From IMG/VR virus record IMGVR_UViG_3300021400_003144: a stretch of 64,000 nt of DNA; one strand, 5' to 3'. Below the pieces are notes generated by a model. The model was given only the letters and a program-made list of their open reading frames with translations, did not search any database and had not been told where the DNA came from. This DNA is from a virus. Its lineage: Duplodnaviria; Caudoviricetes. Made by a program: the position numbers and the translations under genes. Of this stretch, positions 60,551-64,000 are shown piece by piece. Within the stretch, counting starts at the first letter, position 1; each line of letters opens with the position of its first letter.

Positions 60551-61258
60551 TTGAGAGGAACAAATATAATGAATAAGTTTATGAGGTCAAGAAAAGTAAA
60601 GTCTTTTGTAATTATAGGAATGATACTTTGCATGGTTTTAACAGGCATCTGTAGTATGACAAGTTTAGCAGCTGAAAGAGTTAAGATTGCTTGTGTTGGT
60701 GATAGCAATACATATGGAAAAGGAGTAAGTAACAAAGGAGTTGACTCATATCCAGCTCAGTTACAGAGTATGCTTGGAGATATGTATGAGGTTAAAAACT
60801 TTGGTTTAAGTAATGCATCAGTTGAAACTGGTTCGACACTGTGTTATACAGAGAGTGACAAGTATATTGATGCTGTAGAATACAATGCCGATAAGTATAT
60901 ACTTATGTTTGGAACAAATGATGCAAAGCTTGTAAACTATAAGGGCAAAGATAAGTTTAAGAGTGACTATAAGAATATGATAGAGAAGTTTGGAAAAGAT
61001 AAGGTTATTCTTATGGAAATTGCTCCAGTCAATTATAGTAAAGATGTTGTCTTTGATAAAGAGTGGACTACTCCAGAGATGGTTGATGAAATTAATGGTT
61101 TAATTAGAGAGATTGCAGCTGAGGAAGGAGTTAAGCTCGTAAGAAATTATGATGAACTTAATAAGATTAAACCAGTAGTCATTGTCGAAGATGGAGTACA
61201 TATGAATAAAACTGGATTAGCAATGGTTGCAAATAATGTGTATGAAGAGTTAGTCTAA
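60551..61258 (+). CDS. Secreted SGNH/GDSL esterase
   Basis: IACVGDSNTYG, NFGLS, MFGTND and DGVH. Confidence 0.88.
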   Translation: MRGTNIMNKFMRSRKVKSFVIIGMILCMVLTGICSMTSLAAERVKIACVGDSNTYGKGVSNKGVDSYPAQLQSMLGDMYEVKNFGLSNASVETGSTLCYTESDKYIDAVEYNADKYILMFGTNDAKLVNYKGKDKFKSDYKNMIEKFGKDKVILMEIAPVNYSKDVVFDKEWTTPEMVDEINGLIREIAAEEGVKLVRNYDELNKIKPVVIVEDGVHMNKTGLAMVANNVYEELV

Positions 61259-61276
61259 GAGGATAGTGGGTTTGAT

Positions 61277-61885
61277 ATGTATACAGATAATGATATAAAT
61301 AAAGCTATAGAAATAATAGCTAAAAACAGTAATATTGATATGTATACATATCAAGGATTAAATAATCAAATAGATGATTTAGAGAAGCTTAAGAATTTAG
61401 AGATAAATCTTAAGCTTAATGAAGTATATGGCAGGAGTGAATTAAGAGAAGCTATAGAGATATATAAAAGTGCATATGGAGAGGATAAGTTAGTTCAGAT
61501 AATAAACAAATTAAACATAGATAAGATTAAAGATGGGCTAAAGATAATAAATAAGTTATATAAAGAGTACATTAAGGATAAAAATAGTGACTGTTGTAAA
61601 ATAGAGAGAAATGCTTTTACACCAGTTTTGAGCATATTGGATATAGATAATATACATGATATAGTTACCTATGTATCAGAAGATGATTTGTATAAGTCAT
61701 ATGGTTGTTTTGAGAATATCATTGCTGTTAGATATGTAGAAGGTAAGTTTAAGTTAGAACATCTGTATATAAATAAGGATAGGCAGATAGAAGAGATATA
61801 TAGTTCAGTAGATATAGATGGAGAGAGTTTATTTGAGATTAGAGCTTTTAAATTTTATGTAGATAGCTTTGTAGCAAATTATTAG
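61277..61885 (+). CDS. Hypothetical protein
   Basis: 202 aa ORF. Confidence 0.6.
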   Translation: MYTDNDINKAIEIIAKNSNIDMYTYQGLNNQIDDLEKLKNLEINLKLNEVYGRSELREAIEIYKSAYGEDKLVQIINKLNIDKIKDGLKIINKLYKEYIKDKNSDCCKIERNAFTPVLSILDIDNIHDIVTYVSEDDLYKSYGCFENIIAVRYVEGKFKLEHLYINKDRQIEEIYSSVDIDGESLFEIRAFKFYVDSFVANY

Positions 61886-61895
61886 GAGCAGTAGT

Positions 61896-62105
61896 AAAAC
61901 AAAACAAATGTTTGGGATTAGAAAAAATAAAACAAATGTTTTGGTATAAAAAAGTTGAGTAAAAAAGAAGTGCTTATGGACATATGGAAAATGATATACA
62001 GTGTAAATAGACATAAAAGTTAAAAATGAGGGGCAGTCACGGAGCAGTGAATTGATTTTAGCTATTTTAAAAAATAAATATGGTTGACGATTAGTTTTAG
62101 GTAAG
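61896..62105. repeat. Non-coding repeated element, copy C
   Basis: Paired AAACAAATGTTT shared with copy A. TAAAAGTTAAAAAT and GATTAGTTTTAGGTAA shared with copy B. Confidence 0.65.
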
Positions 62106-62427
62106 ATTGAATTATAAATTAATCATATGAATGAAATGGTATGCAGTTGGAATAGAATTAGAGAGTTTGAGAGAGTGACTTGGAAAATTAAAGGATGAGC
62201 ATGTTGAAATAGGCATAAAATTAAAGGTTTGGACATATAAGGTATAGGAAGTCAGTTGAGAAAACTAAGCTGACTTCCTATTTTTGTAAGTATCTAATAT
62301 TAGTAATTAGTGTAGGCTTTGAAATAGTATTTGGTATATTTAAGAATTAATTTTAATTGTTTGAATATAATGCAGTTGAAAGATTGATGTGCAGTAAGCA
62401 ATTAAAGTAAATACATAAGGAGATATT

Positions 62428-63720
62428 ATGTACAGCAAGATTAAAAATATCAGGATAAAGAATTTTAAGAACCTTGGTGAAGTGACTGTAGACTTCACAA
62501 AATCACCTATAGTAACATTATTAGGTGAGAATGAATCAGGTAAATCTTCTATTATCAAGGCTTTTGCAGTGCTTGGGGCAAATGCTTATAGTGCTAAGCA
62601 TAATAAGTATGTGAGAAATGGCACTAATGGTTTTGGAATTGCTTGTGAATTAGAGGATGGTACAGTAATAACAAGAATTAGAAAGCCAGGATATAATGGG
62701 TTTACTATAAGAGATAAAGACGGTAATTTATTGAGTGAGCCTGCTGATAAGATTGATAGAGGCTCTGGTATTCCAGTTGAGATAGAGAAGTATATGGGTA
62801 TTATACTTGAGCCAGAGACTAAGGAACTTCTTCAGATTAGGACTTATGCTGACCAGCTTCTGTTTGTACTTACTAAGGGTAGTGAAAACTATAAGGTTAT
62901 GTACAATGCACTTAAGGTTAAGAATATTACAAAGGCGATTAACATTGGTAATCAGAAAGCCAATGAGTGTAGAAGAGTAATAACTAATGATGAAGTTGCA
63001 GTTTCTACAATTAAAGGTGTAATCAATAATATTAAAATTATTGACATTGATAATGCTGTTAGGGTAAAGTCAATTATAAAGGATAAGCTGGCTATAATTG
63101 AAAAGCTTGAGAGAGTTAAGGAACTGATAGATAGAAATGAAGCAATAAAGCATAATATTGGGGTTTATGCTGAACTTAGTGAGGCATCTGAGATAAATGA
63201 GGGTATCTCCTATAAAATTAATAGAATAGGACAACTTCTTGAAGATGCAGCTAGGATTAGTGAGAAATCAAGTAGATTTACAGAATTACCAAGTATTAGT
63301 GAAATAGACTTGAGTGCAACTAGTAAGTTGAGTAGACTGGTATCTCTAACAGATGATGTAAAGACTAAGGAGATTACTGGTAAGTCCTATATTGATTTAG
63401 TAAATATAAGTGAAATACACTTTGATTCAGATAAGTTTGAGAATATTATAAATAGATTAAGGACAGTTGGGGATTTAACAAGTACATTAGGAAAATATTC
63501 GGAATTATTGGATAAGTTTGACGAAATTAATATTGGTAATGTTACAACAGAAGAGAGTATCATTACATATATAAATAAGAACACTGAGCTTCAGAATGAA
63601 TACAACAGATTTAATGAAGAGGCAGCAAATTATTACGAGGAGATTAAAAAGTCTGGGGCTATAGTTACAAACTGTCCTAATTGCGGTGAGACAGTTGTAG
63701 TAGACCCTAGTCTAAACTAA
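62428..63720 (+). CDS. Rad50/SbcC/gp46-like ATPase, N-terminal half ending at zinc hook
   Basis: IRIKNFKN, GENESGKSS Walker A, coiled coil and terminal CPNCG. No signature or Walker B motif. Confidence 0.8.
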   Translation: MYSKIKNIRIKNFKNLGEVTVDFTKSPIVTLLGENESGKSSIIKAFAVLGANAYSAKHNKYVRNGTNGFGIACELEDGTVITRIRKPGYNGFTIRDKDGNLLSEPADKIDRGSGIPVEIEKYMGIILEPETKELLQIRTYADQLLFVLTKGSENYKVMYNALKVKNITKAINIGNQKANECRRVITNDEVAVSTIKGVINNIKIIDIDNAVRVKSIIKDKLAIIEKLERVKELIDRNEAIKHNIGVYAELSEASEINEGISYKINRIGQLLEDAARISEKSSRFTELPSISEIDLSATSKLSRLVSLTDDVKTKEITGKSYIDLVNISEIHFDSDKFENIINRLRTVGDLTSTLGKYSELLDKFDEINIGNVTTEESIITYINKNTELQNEYNRFNEEAANYYEEIKKSGAIVTNCPNCGETVVVDPSLN

Positions 63721-63738
63721 AGTAGGTAGGGTAAATAT

Positions 63739-64000
63739 ATGAGTAAAGGTAAGTTAGAGATTACAAATGTTAGAGTACATATTCTTGAGAAGAGAGGCAG
63801 AGCTAAGACACTTGCTACAGCTAGTATAACAATTGATGATAGTTTTGTTATACATGGTATTAAAATAGTAGAAGGTAAGGGAGGTTTATTTGTAGCTATG
63901 CCTAGAAAGAAGTCAGCTACAAGAGAAGCTACAGACATTGTTCATCCAACTAAGACAGAAGTAAGAAGAGAAATATCAAAAGTTGTATTAGATGAGTACT
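63739..64000 (+). CDS. spoVG: SpoVG family protein, truncated by window edge
   Basis: Manual translation gives ITNVRV...ASITIDDSFVIHGIKIVEGKGGLFVAMPRKK...DIVHP. Not in the ORF track. Confidence 0.92.
   Translation, partial: MSKGKLEITNVRVHILEKRGRAKTLATASITIDDSFVIHGIKIVEGKGGLFVAMPRKKSATREATDIVHPTKTEVRREISKVVLDEY

Noticed and set aside
340-63938. Many minus-strand ORFs in the track
   Set aside because: They are shadows of A-rich plus-strand genes or arrays (F/L/S/I-rich), with no supporting promoters or RBS. This includes 7770-7994 and 8063-8281 across array 2.
1-64000. tRNA/rRNA genes, integrase, transposase, reverse transcriptase or virion genes
   Set aside because: No recognisable motifs were seen by eye. 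Phage identity therefore remains an inference.

Overview
AT-rich, densely coding window with essentially all genes on the + strand. It is most consistent with the accessory/early and replication region of a large phage (or phage-plasmid) of a Clostridia/Lachnospiraceae-like host: it has sigmaA promoters, SpoVG, and cell-wall-binding CAP proteins, and no virion genes are visible. The centrepiece is a stripped-down type III CRISPR-Cas module at 3350-7717: Cas10 with intact HD motifs but no GGDD, then Csm2, Csm3, Csm4 and a Cas6e-like gene, with no cas1/cas2/csm5/csm6 in the window. About 29 degenerate repeats (core GAACCCT-loop-AGGGATTGAA) are scattered over 8 leaderless loci between 2887 and 31804. 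They sit in 3' UTRs and bracket whole protein-coding genes. The single spacer at 18781-18815 is antisense to a conserved C-terminal motif of the methyltransferase family encoded on either side of it. It differs from the two resident copies mainly at synonymous positions, which suggests targeting of a related phage or self-regulation. Other content includes two Eco57I-like MTases, a degenerate McrBC-like pair, Pnkp-like and Thg1-like RNA repair genes, NADAR and macrodomain proteins, a HipA-like kinase pair, primase, a probable SSB, the N-terminal half of a Rad50/SbcC protein, a partial serpin, many tandem paralogs and a three-copy non-coding element. All calls come from reading motifs by eye; no database searches were run.
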